Part shown: positions 1-12,574 of the stretch, in pieces
How the letters are laid out: the number at the start of each line of letters is the position of its first letter
Position numbering within the stretch: the stretch's first letter is position 1
Source: Antechinus flavipes
Taxonomy: Eukaryota
Assembly: GCF_016432865.1 (NCBI RefSeq)
Contig: NC_067403.1
Span: 256,370,001 to 256,434,000, forward strand
Reading direction: 5' to 3'
Length of the DNA stretch: 64,000 bases
Translations under genes and position numbers: made by a program
Notes under the pieces: generated by a model
Databases searched by the model: none
The model's input: the letters and a program-made list of their open reading frames with translations, nothing else
What the model was told of the DNA's origin: nothing

Positions 1-680
1 AGAAGCGCGTGGTCAAGCCTGAGGCTCCCCAATCTTGGTCCGAGGCTAGCCCTTCACTTCCTCAGTCCCAGAAGGCCTCCTGACACCATTGCTCGTCACA
101 TCTGACCTGAGCAACTGACACCTAAATCTGTAAACCAGAGGACCGGGAGGGGAGGGGCTGCTTTGTTGAAGCAATGAGAGGAGTGGGAGAGGGGCCCGGG
201 GAATTGCAATCAGAGCAGGGAGCAGCAGGCACCTTCTCCAGGCCCTTGCCGGTGGCCCAGTCCACGGTCAGGGCTACGATTCCCGGGATGCAACACTCCA
301 CCAACTCTTGGGTGCCAGCCAGGGATGGGGGCGGAGCAGCTCTAAGCAGGGGAGGGAACCCAGCCGAGGCTCTGGGCCAGCAACCTGAGCTCCAGGAAGA
401 GGGTCCCTTTCTCCCTCCATTAACTAGGTCACAAGGGGGAAGGGAGATGGGAATGGGCCACGGCCCCACCTCCTCTCCCTTGCAGAGTGGCAACTGTGCC
501 CTTTCCCTTTCCTGAGGCCCGAGGAGGCTGGTCCCCAAAGGCCGGAAGGCGGGCAGCCCTTAAGGGGGTGGGGGCCGAGCAGAGGGCCAGGTCTCAGCCC
601 CGAAGTCCATCCCCTGGAAGGCCGGCCAGAATGATTGTCTGCGCCCTCCCCACCCCCGGGTGTCTGGGCTCCCACCCCAG

Positions 681-2236
<1,556 letters not shown>

Positions 2237-2747
2237 CTTGGGCCGCCTGCCGCCTCAACAACAACTTTATCGGCAACCGCCGACCGCGGTCGGAGACAGC
2301 CAGAACAGAGGGAGTGAGAGGGTCGGGGAGGCGGGACTTACCCGGACGTGGCAGAGGACGCGACCAATGGGAAGCGAGGTCTCATCGCGGAGGCGCCCGG
2401 CTTGAACGCACGGGGGGCGGGGCCGTTGTAGGCGTTCCTCCATCAACAGGAAGGCGGAGCGAATGTCGTCATTCTCCACGGGTCTATCTATAGGAGGAAG
2501 GGGTGCTGGAGCGAGGCGGAGGGGAGTGTGAGCTGCAGGGTGCGCGCTAGGACCCGGAGGAGCGTGCGGAGCCCCGGCGCTAGGACCCAGAGGCGCGGGA
2601 GGGAGGCCGGCGCTAGGACCCGGGCGGGGCCGCAGCCGGAGCCGGAGAAGCCGCGGCGGCTGAGCCGGAGGAGCCGGGGCCGGAGCCGGGGCCGGAGGGC
2701 CGAGGCCGAGGTGCTGCGAGAGCGGCGGCGACACAGGAGGCCCCGAG
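2237..2747. promoter_or_regulatory. Bidirectional CpG-island promoter of C11orf68 and DRAP1
   Basis: Divergent ATGs 511 bp apart; very high CpG; YY1-type GCCGCCATCTT over the C11orf68 start, CCAAT near 2363, GC box GGGGCGGGGC near 2415, GGAAG ETS cores. Confidence 0.8.
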
Positions 2748-5700
2748 ATGCCGAGCAAGAAGAAGAAGTACAACGCGCGCTTCCCGCCGGTGAGTACTCG
2801 GCCCGGGGCCGCCCCCGGCCCCGCCTGGGCCTCCCCGCGCCGCCCCCCCCTCCCCGCAGCTGTCCCTGTCCCCGGGGCCCGGACCCCCCGCGGCACCTCT
2901 AGCCTCGGCACCCTCGCCTGCCCCGCCCGCAGCACCGATAATCTTGGGACAGCCCCCTCTCCTCTGACCCCGCTGCCCCTCTTCCTCTGCACCCCTAACT
3001 TGGAGACCCCCGCCTGTCCCGCCGCAGCACCGCTGACCTCGGGACCCCCGCCTGTCCCCGTCCGCCAGGCCCCCCGCCCCGGTTCCCCCTCCTCCCTCTC
3101 CTTCCCCGAGCCTGTGCGCCGCCCTCGTACCCCACGATGGAGCTGGGGAGGGGGCCTCACGCTGCTCTCTTCCCCACACTAAGGCCAGGATCAAGAAGAT
3201 CATGCAGACGGACGAGGAGATCGGCAAGGTGGCTGCAGCTGTTCCTGTCATCATCTGTATCCTGGGGCGTGGGGACCTGGGCTGGGGGTCAGGGGGCTGG
3301 GGGTCAGAGGGCTGGGGGTCAGGGGGCTGAGGGTCAGGAGGCTGGGGGTCAGGAGGCTGAGGGTCAGGAGGCTGAGGGCTCAGAGGGCTGAGGGTCAGGG
3401 GGTTGGGGCCAGTGGGGCTGGGTGTGTTTTCCTGGTTTTCCTTTTTCTTTTTTTCCCTTTTCTTGCTGAGGCAATTGGGGTTAAGTGAAGTGTTAAGTGT
3501 CTGAGGCCAGATTTGAACTCAGGCCCCCCTGACTTCAGGCCTGGTGCACTACCCACCGGGCCGCCCAGCTGCCCCCTCCCTCGGTTTTTCTTGACGCGCT
3601 CCCTCAGCCAGAGCCCTAGAACTGTTTTTGGAATCGCTTCTCAAGAAAGCCTGTCAAGTGACCCAGTCTCGGAATGCCAAGACCATGACCACCTCCCACC
3701 TGTGAGTCCCGCTCCCCAGCTCTTTCTCCCTCCGACTCCGGCCTCCTTTCCCTTTGCCTCTCTCACCTTTGGAAAGGTCACCAGATTCTGGATTAGAAGA
3801 CCCCGCTCTGCCCTTCCCGCAGCTAAATCTTTTCCTGGTTCTGGACCGTTTTTGTGGGAGCTCTAAAATTAGGGGGATAAATTCGAAAACTTCCAAGGTT
3901 CCCTCGCAAGAGCCCCACCCCCATCCTCTGTCAAGAACCCCTGGAGCCCAAAGGAGGCGCTCAGCCCCCTCATCTCCCCTCCTAGGAAACAGTGCATTGA
4001 GTTGGAGCAACAGTTTGATTTCCTGAAGGACCTGGTGGCCGCCGTGCCGGACATGCAGGGAGACGGAGAAGACAATCACCTGGACGGCGAGAAAGGGGCG
4101 CGCAGGTGAGGGGCGCGCAGGTGAGGGGCGCGCAGGTGAGGGGCGCGCAGGTGAGGGGCGCGCAGGTGAGGGGCGCGCAGGTGAGGGGCGTGCAGGTGAG
4201 GGGCGCGCAGGTGAGGGGCGCGCGGTGAGGGGCGTGCAGGTGAGGGGCGTGCAGGTGAGGGGCGCGCAGGTGAGAGGCGCGCAGGTGAGGGGTGCAGGGA
4301 GCGCGCTCCTTTCCCTCCCCGGGAGGCGTTTGGTTTCACAGAAAACATCTTCAGAATCATTCCCAACCTAAGCAGCGCCAGAAAAAGGGGGAACGCTTCT
4401 TGTTCAGAGAAGTTAGGAAACATTTATTCGGCTCCTGCTGTCGCCGGGCACTGGAAACCCCGATTTTCTGTCTCTCTCTTTACGCACGCATGCACGCTCA
4501 CGTGTCAAAGTTCAGCCTCTTGCTTTCTTTTTGAGCGTTTTTATTGCTATCTTTTGTCTTTATGTCACCGGAGTTTCTCAGAATCGCACCCTCCCTACTC
4601 CTTCCCAGAGAGAAGTACTGTGTAGCCAATAAGGTTGTTTGTTTGTTTTTTGCTGAGGCAATCAGGGCTAGTGACTTGCCCAGGGTCACATAGGAGGAAG
4701 TGTTAAGTGTCTGAGACCAGATTTGAACGCGGGTCCTCCTGACTTCTAGCTGGTGCTCCATAGCTGCGCCACCCAGCTATCCCACCAATAAAGTTTTTAA
4801 AGGAAAAAAGTCAGAACTGATCAGCCATTAGAAAAAGTCTGCACGTGAGGGCAGCGCTCCACCCCCGGGGACCTCGCCTCAGCCGCGGGGTCGGAGCGGG
4901 GGAGGGCTTCTCCAGCCAGTGTTCACGGCTCGACGCTCCGTGCACGGTGCTCCTGGGTCTCTTTGTTCCTTACTTACGCATCGTTCGTACAAATCTCCGG
5001 GGTTTCTCTGAGACCCTCCCTTTCCCCTTCTGACGGCCCCACGGTCCGTTATCCTCCCGGAGTATTTGACCCAGGTCTCCAAAGGGCCTCCCTGACCCAG
5101 GCCCCCTCTGCTTTCGGTGACCCGTGCTCTCGAGCATTCATAAACGTTCTTCGCTGTCGCCTTAGTTTCCCCATTTGGAAAGTTCTCAAGTCTTATGTCT
5201 GACTCTAGGGGCCGGAAGCCTGGGAGCAGCCGGAAAAATGGTGGTGCCGGAGGAAAAGGGAAAGACAAAAAGCAGTCCGGCACAGACTCGGAGCAGGAGG
5301 TAAGCCGGCCCCTTAGACCGTCAGCTCGCCCAGGGCAGGGCCTGCTTCCTTCGGTGTCTCTGGGCACAGAGGGCTCCTGCTTGATTGCCGCTGAGCTCAC
5401 GGCCTGGCCCTGGGCCTCTGCCACCTCTAAAAGAAGGCTGCCGGCCTCCCCGGCCTCCCCCAGCCTCTCTGACGTCCCTGAGCCCTCGGCCCGGCCCCTT
5501 CCCTCTGAGCTCAGGCTGTCCGAGGGGCTGACCTGGCTGATGCCGCCCACAGGATGATTCTGAGGACACAGAGACAGATGGGGAGGAGGAGATGCCCCAG
5601 CCCCCAGCCCAACCCAGCCGGCCCCCGGCCCCCTTCCAGAGGTGAGGTTGGCGGCCAGGATGGGGAGCGTCGTGGGATGGGGAGGCGTATTCTGAGGGGA

Positions 5701-5937
5701 ATACAGAGGGTCTGTCTGTGGGGGAGGGGCACCCTAGGTGGGAGACGGGCCCCCAGTTCTCCAGGATTGTTGGGGGGAAGCGGTTCCGGCCTTGGGCACG
5801 CCTCTGCAACTAATGCATTGCCTCTCTCCTTCCACAGCCCCCCGGCCCCCTTCCTCCCCTTTTCCTCCACCCTGCCTCTCCCTCCGGCCCCCCCTGGCCC
5901 CACAGCTGTTGAAGAAGAGGAAGATTATGATTCATAG
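2748..5937 (+). CDS. DRAP1: DR1-associated corepressor (NC2 alpha), 7 exons, 202 aa
   Basis: Exons 2748-2789, 3184-3256, 3608-3701, 3986-4105, 5209-5299, 5553-5641, 5838-5937. Spliced protein [87 protein letters not shown]...EEEEDYDS; all phases agree. Confidence 0.97.
3278..3415. repeat. G-rich tandem repeat, ~15-16 bp unit (GGGGCTGGGGGTCAG / GAGGCTGAGGGTCAG)
   Basis: About 8 imperfect units directly visible in DRAP1 intron 2. Confidence 0.8.
3462..3552 (-). mobile_element. WSINE1-like marsupial SINE with internal deletion
   Basis: TGAGGCAATTGGGGTTAAGTGA...AAGTGTTAAGTGTCTGAGGCCAGATTTGAACTCAGG, T-rich tail on the left; central CTTGCCCAGGGTCACACAGCTAG block missing. Confidence 0.8.
4095..4290 (+). 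repeat. 15-bp minisatellite GGGGCGCGCAGGTGA x13 built from the DRAP1 exon 4 donor
   Basis: First unit spans the exon 4/intron 4 junction (CAG|GTGAG at 4105/4106); 12 units keep CAGGTGAG, one has lost the A. Confidence 0.95.
4640..4783 (-). mobile_element. WSINE1-like SINE, near full length
   Basis: TTTTGCTGAGGCAAT...GTGACTTGCCCAGGGTCAC...GTGTTAAGTGTCTGAGACCAGATTTGAAC...CTGCGCCACCCAGCTATCCC. Confidence 0.85.
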
Positions 5938-6044
5938 GGCCACCCCCCGGCCGTCTCACCTCCTCCTCCCACCCTCCACCCTCATTTAGTCCATTTTAGG
6001 GGCTGAGGGGGAGGTGGGGGGGAGGGGAGGGCCTTCTTAAATTT

Positions 6045-6050
6045 ATTAAA
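6045..6050 (+). terminator. Probable DRAP1 polyadenylation signal ATTAAA
   Basis: ATTAAA 108 nt after the stop codon in the only AT-rich patch nearby. Confidence 0.55.
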
Positions 6051-6801
6051 AAATTTTAAAAAGAAAGAGGCTCCTGAGTGTTCGCACCCCCTCCAGCCCT
6101 GCAATTCTGGGGGCTCTCCCCCAGGCCCCATCCTGTCCCACTCCCCATCCCCCCCAGGAGAAACGAAGCATGGGGGTGCTGGGGAGTCCCTCCTCCCACG
6201 CCTCACTTTGCTGATTTGGGAGGGGGACATTGGGCCCAGGGCCCCCGGGGAATGGGTGGCTGCCAGACCCCCTGCTCTGGAAACTGGGCTCAGATCCTTC
6301 CCCCACTCACCCGGTCCCTCGCCTGTACGCTGAGCCCTCTGTTGCTAGGGGGGGGGCTTTTTGTAAACCTTTGAGGCAGCCTCGAGTCCTCTTGCTGTCC
6401 CCCTTCCTCCTCCCCTTCCCCCTCCCCCCACCATCCGTTAGGCTCTGGGAGCCAGAGTCACTTAGGGCAGCCCACCCTCCTCTCCACCTTTCTCCATCTG
6501 CCCCTGACCCAGTGACTGAGGGTCCTGAGGAGTCCCAGCAAACCCTCTGGACCTCCAGGGAGGGAGCCTGGGAAGCCAGAGGCAGGTGATGGTGCCCAGG
6601 GAAGAGCAAAGGTGAGCACAAGGCCATCGAGATGGAAGGGACCCGAGACTTTGGGCAGATGTTACAGATGGAGAAACTGAGGTCCAGAGGCCCCAGGTGG
6701 CTCCACAGGCGGCAGCTGCTCTCTGCAGAACGCCTTATGTATCATACCATAAGGCAACAGTTCTCGCCCCCAAGGAAGGGCCGCCGACCCTCAAATGGGC
6801 A

Positions 6802-6847
6802 ATGTGATTGGTCAGTGTTGCAGCGATGTGATTGGTCAGTGTTGCAG
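6802..6847. repeat. Tandem duplication of ATGTGATTGGTCAGTGTTGCAG (period 24)
   Basis: Identical 22-mers at 6802-6823 and 6826-6847, each with an ATTGG (reverse CCAAT). Confidence 0.9.
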
Positions 6848-7265
6848 TCAGTTTACTACACTGTTTTCTGTCCGTTTGTCTTGTTCCCTATGCAGAAAGC
6901 AGCTGGACCCCAAAGCTCTCCACCTCCCCCCCCCCCCACCCCCCCCTTCCCCCCGTCTTTCTCCCAGCCTCTTCCTGGGAGTTGGCCCCTTAAGAGCCCC
7001 AACAGTGAATCATGGAGACTTGAGCCTCTGGGGGAGTTCATCTTATAGAATGGTTTTGGGGGAAGCAGGAACCCCGGGGCTGGCCCAGGGTGGGGGGAGG
7101 GGATGGTCTCTTGTTCAGTCCTGATCATCCACCTGCATTCTGTTTAACTCCCTTCACACACCCCCTCCCAGTTCTGCATGGACTGTCCAGCATCTTGGCG
7201 GCCTTCCCTGGCTGGACCACCAGAGGGCCTTCTAGCGGAGACCTGGGATCCCCTTTGGGCTAAGT

Positions 7266-7428
7266 CCTGGGCATCAAATTTAGGATGCTGCTGAGACAGT
7301 CCAGATCGCCTGGGTCCTGACCAGCATGGAGCCCGCCCCCGTCGTGCCTGGGCATCAAATTTAGGATGCTGCTGAGACAGCCCAGATCGCCTGGGTCCTG
7401 ACCAGCATGGAGCCCGCCCCCGTCGTGC
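7266..7428. repeat. 81-bp tandem duplication
   Basis: CCTGGGCATCAAATTTAGGATGCTGCTGAGACAG...GAGCCCGCCCCCGTCGTG at 7266 and 7347, one mismatch seen. Confidence 0.9.
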
Positions 7429-8279
7429 CAGACCCCACGCCTCTCGAACCCACTGGAGACTCCTATGCCATTCTTGTCTCATTTGGGGCTTACAGTCCTC
7501 TAAGAACCCCAGATCGTTTTCAACAGGTACCCAAACTGGGGCTCAGATTATCCGGAGGTTCTTCTGCCTCAACAAGGTGAGACTTGAACCAGATCTCAGA
7601 AAGGAGAAGGAAGGAGAAGGAAAGGGGGAAAGGGGTGAGTCAATGGAAGGAAACAGGCCGTGCTCACCAAGATCAGCCATGTTTACGGGAGCGGGCCAGT
7701 GCTGGGCCTTCTGGCCGATTCGTCTCCAGGAGGCTGAGCAGAGGCTCCAGCTTTGGGGAGCTGGAGGAGGGGCGGGCCGTCTGGCTCAACCCCTGAGCCC
7801 GTTCCCCCAATCGCAGGCTGCCGGGCCGGGAGAGGCCGCCGGCCTCCTCCCCTTATTGCAGAGCTCTGACCGAGGCTGAGAGGACCCCTTGGCCGGGGTC
7901 CCGGCTCCAGCGCCTCCCGGGGCCGTCAGGATGGGCAGTGCTGGCTCAGACACCAACAGACTCGTTTTTGTAAAAGTAAATTTTCACTGATGCCATTTTT
8001 TGGGAATCTGAATAATTTTTCCCAGTGGGCACAGTGCGTAGAGCACCGAGTTCAGACACGTACTGGCAGTGTGACCCTGAGCAAGTCACTTAACCCAGTT
8101 TGCCGCAGATTTCCCATCGGTAACGGGAATCGGAGAAGGAAATGACAAACCACCCCAGGAGCTTTGCGGAAGAAAGCCCAGTTGGTGGCGGGAAGAATCG
8201 GACGGGACTGAGATGACCGAAGCGTCTCCCGGCGCCCTTTCTCCTGCTCCTACCTAGAGAACCATCTCATACGGCGATA

Positions 8280-8470
8280 ATTTTTTTAATAAAGCTTTTT
8301 ATTTTCAAAACACATGCAGACAATCCGACAGCATTGACCCTCGCTTGGCCTTGGGTTTCAGATTTGCTCCGCCTCCCCACCCCCTCCCCTAAATGGCAAA
8401 CAATCCAATATATGTTAAACATGCATAATGATGTTTTTTAAGACAAAAAGGAAAAGGAAAAAAAATCAGC
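8280..8470 (-). mobile_element. L1 3' end fragment
   Basis: T-rich tail then TTTTATTTTCAAAAC...CCCTCCCCTAAATGGC...CAATATATGTTAAACATG, colinear with the L1 3' end at 63080-63240. Confidence 0.65.
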
Positions 8471-9357
8471 CAAAGGGATCTGGCTACCCGGGAACTCCGA
8501 TAGACAAGGTTCTTAGGTGGCCTTCAGGAGGAATCTGGGAAGACTCCAAGGGGGAGGTGACCTTTGCGCTGCCTGGAGGTGGCAAGGCAGGGTGGGATGG
8601 CAATCCAGATATCGGGGCTCTCTGCTCTGGAAAATGAGAGGGTGGGATTCATTGTGTGCACATGGCCCCGGGAAGAGGGTAAACTAGTCGTGCCCTAGTT
8701 CTGTAGAAAAGTTCATTATGTGATAGGGTCATAGACAGAGCAAAGGGACCTTAAAACCTCATTCTGCATTTGTGGAAACTGAGACAGAGCAAGGTTAAAG
8801 CAACTCATTAATGTAACAGACGGGTGGGGAGGAAGGAACCAAGATGGAGGCAAGCCAGGACTTTGGCTGAGCTCTCCCCCGCTTCCCCCAGAATCAATGC
8901 TAGAACAAGCCTCGGAACGGATTCTAGAGCGCCGGAAGCCACCAACGGTCACAGGGAAATGATTTTCAAGCTTAAGATATCTTGGAAGGACTTCAGGAAA
9001 GGCCCGTCTCACTTGGGCAGAAGGGAAACGGGCATGACCCGGGGAATGTAAAGGGACGCTCTCGGCCAAAGGGGCAGCAGCGTTGGCCACCCTGTCCTGG
9101 TTCCGAGGGCTGTGAGGCTCCCACTCAACATGGAAGGCAAATAAATTGTTAGCCCTTAATAACAGGTGGGACTAGGTCAAGGTCAATCCAGCACAGTGGG
9201 AAAGCCCGAAAGCCCCGCCGGTCTGGGGGCAGAAAGGTAGTGAGAGGCCCCTGATCACCTGCAAAAAAAAAAAAGCTTCAAACAATCTCCACTGCTCCCT
9301 AGGAGCAAAGCTCAACTTTTAAAAACGAGCAAAAAAGCAGAAAGGGCCCTGACCCTG

Positions 9358-9964
9358 TGTTAGAATCCTAGTGTTACGTCAGTGGAATTGATACAATGCT
9401 TATCGGTTCATACATTGGAGCAAATCCTTACAAGGTGTTAAGTCACTAGTATTGATGGAAACAATGCTTAAGTTAACACCTTTGAGAGTTCACACATTAG
9501 CTCACACATTAGTTCACATGTTGGGAGATTTCAGGGTTCAGTATGAGATATCCAAATTCACACCTCCCATAATCCCACTCTTGGAGGAGTCAACCTTAGT
9601 TTACACCTCTAAAAGAGCATAAAAACAGCCGAGCTCAGGCAGGAGAGTTCAGTTGAAAAGATGGAGAGGGGGGCGTCAGTGGGAGATTGAGTAGCCACGA
9701 GTCGGAGTTGCGCTAGAGGCAGAAGCTGGAAGAGCTAAAAGACAAGCTGCAAGAGCTCTTGGAACCAAGGAGGGAGAGAGGCCGCTAAGAAAACTCACCG
9801 GGCTATATCGAAGGAGACAATAAAAGATTTGAACTTTTAACACCTGGCTGCATTTGGAGTGATTATTACTCTGAACCGAAACTAAGGCTGCCTCCAGAGA
9901 ACCTCCCCAAAAAACCTGCTCAGAGAGAACCATTATATATTTTTAAAAAGAAGAGAACACCACA
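9358..9964 (+). mobile_element. Solo ERV-type LTR inserted in L1 ORF1
   Basis: Starts TGTTAGAATCC, ends AGAACACCACA; TATA-like CATAAAAA at 9618, AATAAA near 9820; degenerate 6-bp flank ACCCTG/GCTCTG; removing it restores CTG ACC CTG GAA AGC TAC TAT GG. Confidence 0.75.
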
Positions 9965-11733
9965 GCTCTGGAAAGCTACTATGGCAAAGGGAAGGTCAGA
10001 ACACAAAGCCAGAAGACAGCAATGGCAAAGTGCCAACATGGCAAGCCTCCGAGGGGAATCTGAACTCTCAAGCTCAAAAGGCTCTATTGGAAGAGCTCAA
10101 AAAGAATTTACAAAATTATAAGAAGTAGAAGAAAAATGGGGAAAATTAAATGAGAGCTATGAAAATTTTGGGAGGAAGGCCAACAGCTTGGAAAAGGAAG
10201 CACAGAAATTGACTGAAGAAAACTTAAAAAACATCTTTAAATGCAAAACTCAAGAGAAATATAAAAAGATCAATAGGAAAGAAAAAACAACTGCCCTTTT
10301 TTAAAAGGTTAAATTGTTTATACCTCTACATGAAAAAATGCTACTTGTAACTTAAGAATTGTATCTTTGTTAGGTACTTAGAAGGATTATATAGAGACAG
10401 AGGGTGTGACTATAAGTCGACTTTAATGTGATCATATAAAAATTAAGGGGTGGAAAAAGGATTGTGTTGGGAGAAAAGGAAAGGGGAGGTAAAAAGAGGT
10501 GAATTACATCCTATGAAAAGGCACAAAGTATCTATTACAGTAGAGAAAAAGAAGGAAGGGGGACTTTGAACCATAATTCATCAGATTTGGCTCAAAGAGA
10601 AAGAAATAAAGTACGTTTTTAGTTTAGTATAGAATTTAATCTCACTTTATACTGTACATTTTGGGAAATAAGAGGAGAAAGGAACAAGAAAGGGGGGAGG
10701 CTGATTGAAGAGAGGGCAGAAGTAGAAGGGGAAAAGAGTGAAAAAGGCAGGGGAGAGGCTGATAAAAGGGAGGGCAGATTGAAGGAAGTAGGGGTCAGAA
10801 GTAAAACACTTGTGAAGGGAAAGGGTGAAAGGACAGAGAAACATAACAAATGCAGGAAAATACAGTTAGTAATATTATTAACTATGAATGGGAATGGGAT
10901 GACCTCTCCACAAAACGGAATTGAATAACAGACTGGATTAAATGCCAGAATCTTGCAATATGTTGTTTACCAAAAATATATGTGAAGCAGAAAGATCCAT
11001 ACAGAGTAAACCTGAAACACTGGGACAGAATGAATATGTTATGCTTCCGCTAAAAGGGAAAAAAAAAACCTATCAGGTAGCAATCCTAATCTCAGACCAA
11101 GCAAAAGCAAAAATAGATCTGATTAAAAGAAATAAGGGAACTACATCTTGCTAAAGAGTACCATAGATAATAAATTACTATCCATACTAAATATATGCAC
11201 GGTATAGCATCCAAATTCTTAGAGGAGAAATGAAGTGAGTTGCAGGAAGAATTAGCAAACTACACTAGTGTGGGAATTCAATCTCCCTCTTTCAGAACTA
11301 GATAAATCTAACCACAAAATAAATGAGAAGTTAAGGAGGTGACTAGAACTTTAAAAAAGTTAGGTTATCATATGCTTCTGGAGAAAATTGAATGGGGATA
11401 TATATATATATATATGTCTTTCTCAGAGGTACATGGCACCTACACAAAAACTGACCATATATAAGGGCATAAAAACCTCACACTCAAGTGCAGAAAGGCA
11501 GAAATGTTAAATGCATCTTCTTCAGATCATGATGCAATAAAAATTATGTGTAATAGTCATGGAAAAATAAACCAAAAATGATCAGAAACTAAATAATTTA
11601 ATTCTAAAGAATGGGTAAGTCAAAGAACAAATTGTAGAAACTATCAATTTCATTTAAGAGAATGACCATAATGAAGCAACATACTAAAACTTATGGGATG
11701 CAGCCAAAGCAATTCTTAGGGGAAATTTTATAT

Positions 11734-11893
11734 TGAATTTAAAAATTTTTGTTTTGTGAGGCAATTGGGGTTAAGTGACTTTCCCAGGGTCACACAGATA
11801 GAAAGTATTGTGTCTGAGGCCAGATTCAAACTTTGGTTCTCCTGACTCCAGGGCTGGTACAGGACTGTATTCTCTGTACCATCTAGCTGCCCC
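11734..11893 (-). mobile_element. WSINE1-like SINE inserted in L1 ORF2, with target-site duplication
   Basis: Flanked by TTAGGGGAAATTTTATAT (11716-11733) and TTAGGGGGAAATTTTATAT (11894-11912); body ends ATCTAGCTGCCCC. Confidence 0.9.
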
Positions 11894-12574
11894 TTAGGGG
11901 AAATTTTATATCTCTAGATGCTTACATAATAAAATAAAGAGAAGACTAATGAATTGGGCATGCAATGAAAAATGCTAGAAAAATAACTTTTCAAAAAACC
12001 AATTAAATGACAAATTAGAAATTCTTAACATCAAAGAAGAGATTAATAAAAGTGAAAGAAAGCTATTGGACTTATAAAATAAAACTGAGTTGGTTTTAGT
12101 AAAAAAAAAAAAAAAAAAAAAAAGACCAACAAAATAGATAAGCCTTTGGTTAATTTGATTAGAAAAAAGAAGAAAACCAAATTATCAGTATCAAAAATGA
12201 AAAGGACGAACTTATCACCAATGAAGAGAAAGTTAAAGCAATAATTAGGAGCTATTTTGCCCCATTGTGTGGCGGTAAATCCGATGATCTAAAATGGATG
12301 AATATTTACCAAAAATATAGATTGCTCAGATTAATTAAATACTTAACATAGTTCCATTTTAGAAAAATAAATTGAACAATTTGAACAATTGATTGAACAA
12401 ATTGAACAATAAATTGAAATAAATTGAAGTGAATTCCCTAAGAAAAGGGTAGATTGATTTACAAATGGATTCTACCAAATGTTTAAAGAACAATTAATTC
12501 CAATAGAGTAACAGATGTGGCTTCAACCCCAGTTTGCTGATCCCTGCATCACGTTGTCTTTCTGCTAAGAGGCC

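Larger units (their letters stand above)
3257..3607 (+). other. U12-type (minor spliceosome) GT-AG intron, DRAP1 intron 2
   Basis: 5' site GTATCCT at 3257; branch-like TTCTTGAC about 12 nt before the acceptor AG at 3606-3607; no polypyrimidine tract between them. Confidence 0.8.
8835..12505 (+). mobile_element. Degenerate L1 with intact 5' end, ORF1 remnant, ORF2 endonuclease, truncated at the start of RT
   Basis: 5' GGAACCAAGATGG...CTGAGCTCTCCCCC at 8835; ORF1-like KKQK..TLESYYG split by an LTR; ORF2-like ATGAATGGGAATGGGATG...GACTGGATTAAATGCCAGAATC...TGTTGTTTAC near 10884-10970; ends at TTCTACCAAATGTTTAAAGAACAATTAATTCC (FYQMFKEQLIP). Many stops and frameshifts. Confidence 0.88.

Noticed and set aside
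122-680. ORFs left of C11orf68
   Set aside because: This is the expected C11orf68 3' UTR; frames are short, GC-rich and motif-free.
2267-3254. Long minus-strand ORFs (297 aa, 213 aa) over the DRAP1 5' end
   Set aside because: Low-complexity Gly/Arg/Pro shadow ORFs expected in a CpG island; no recognisable domain.
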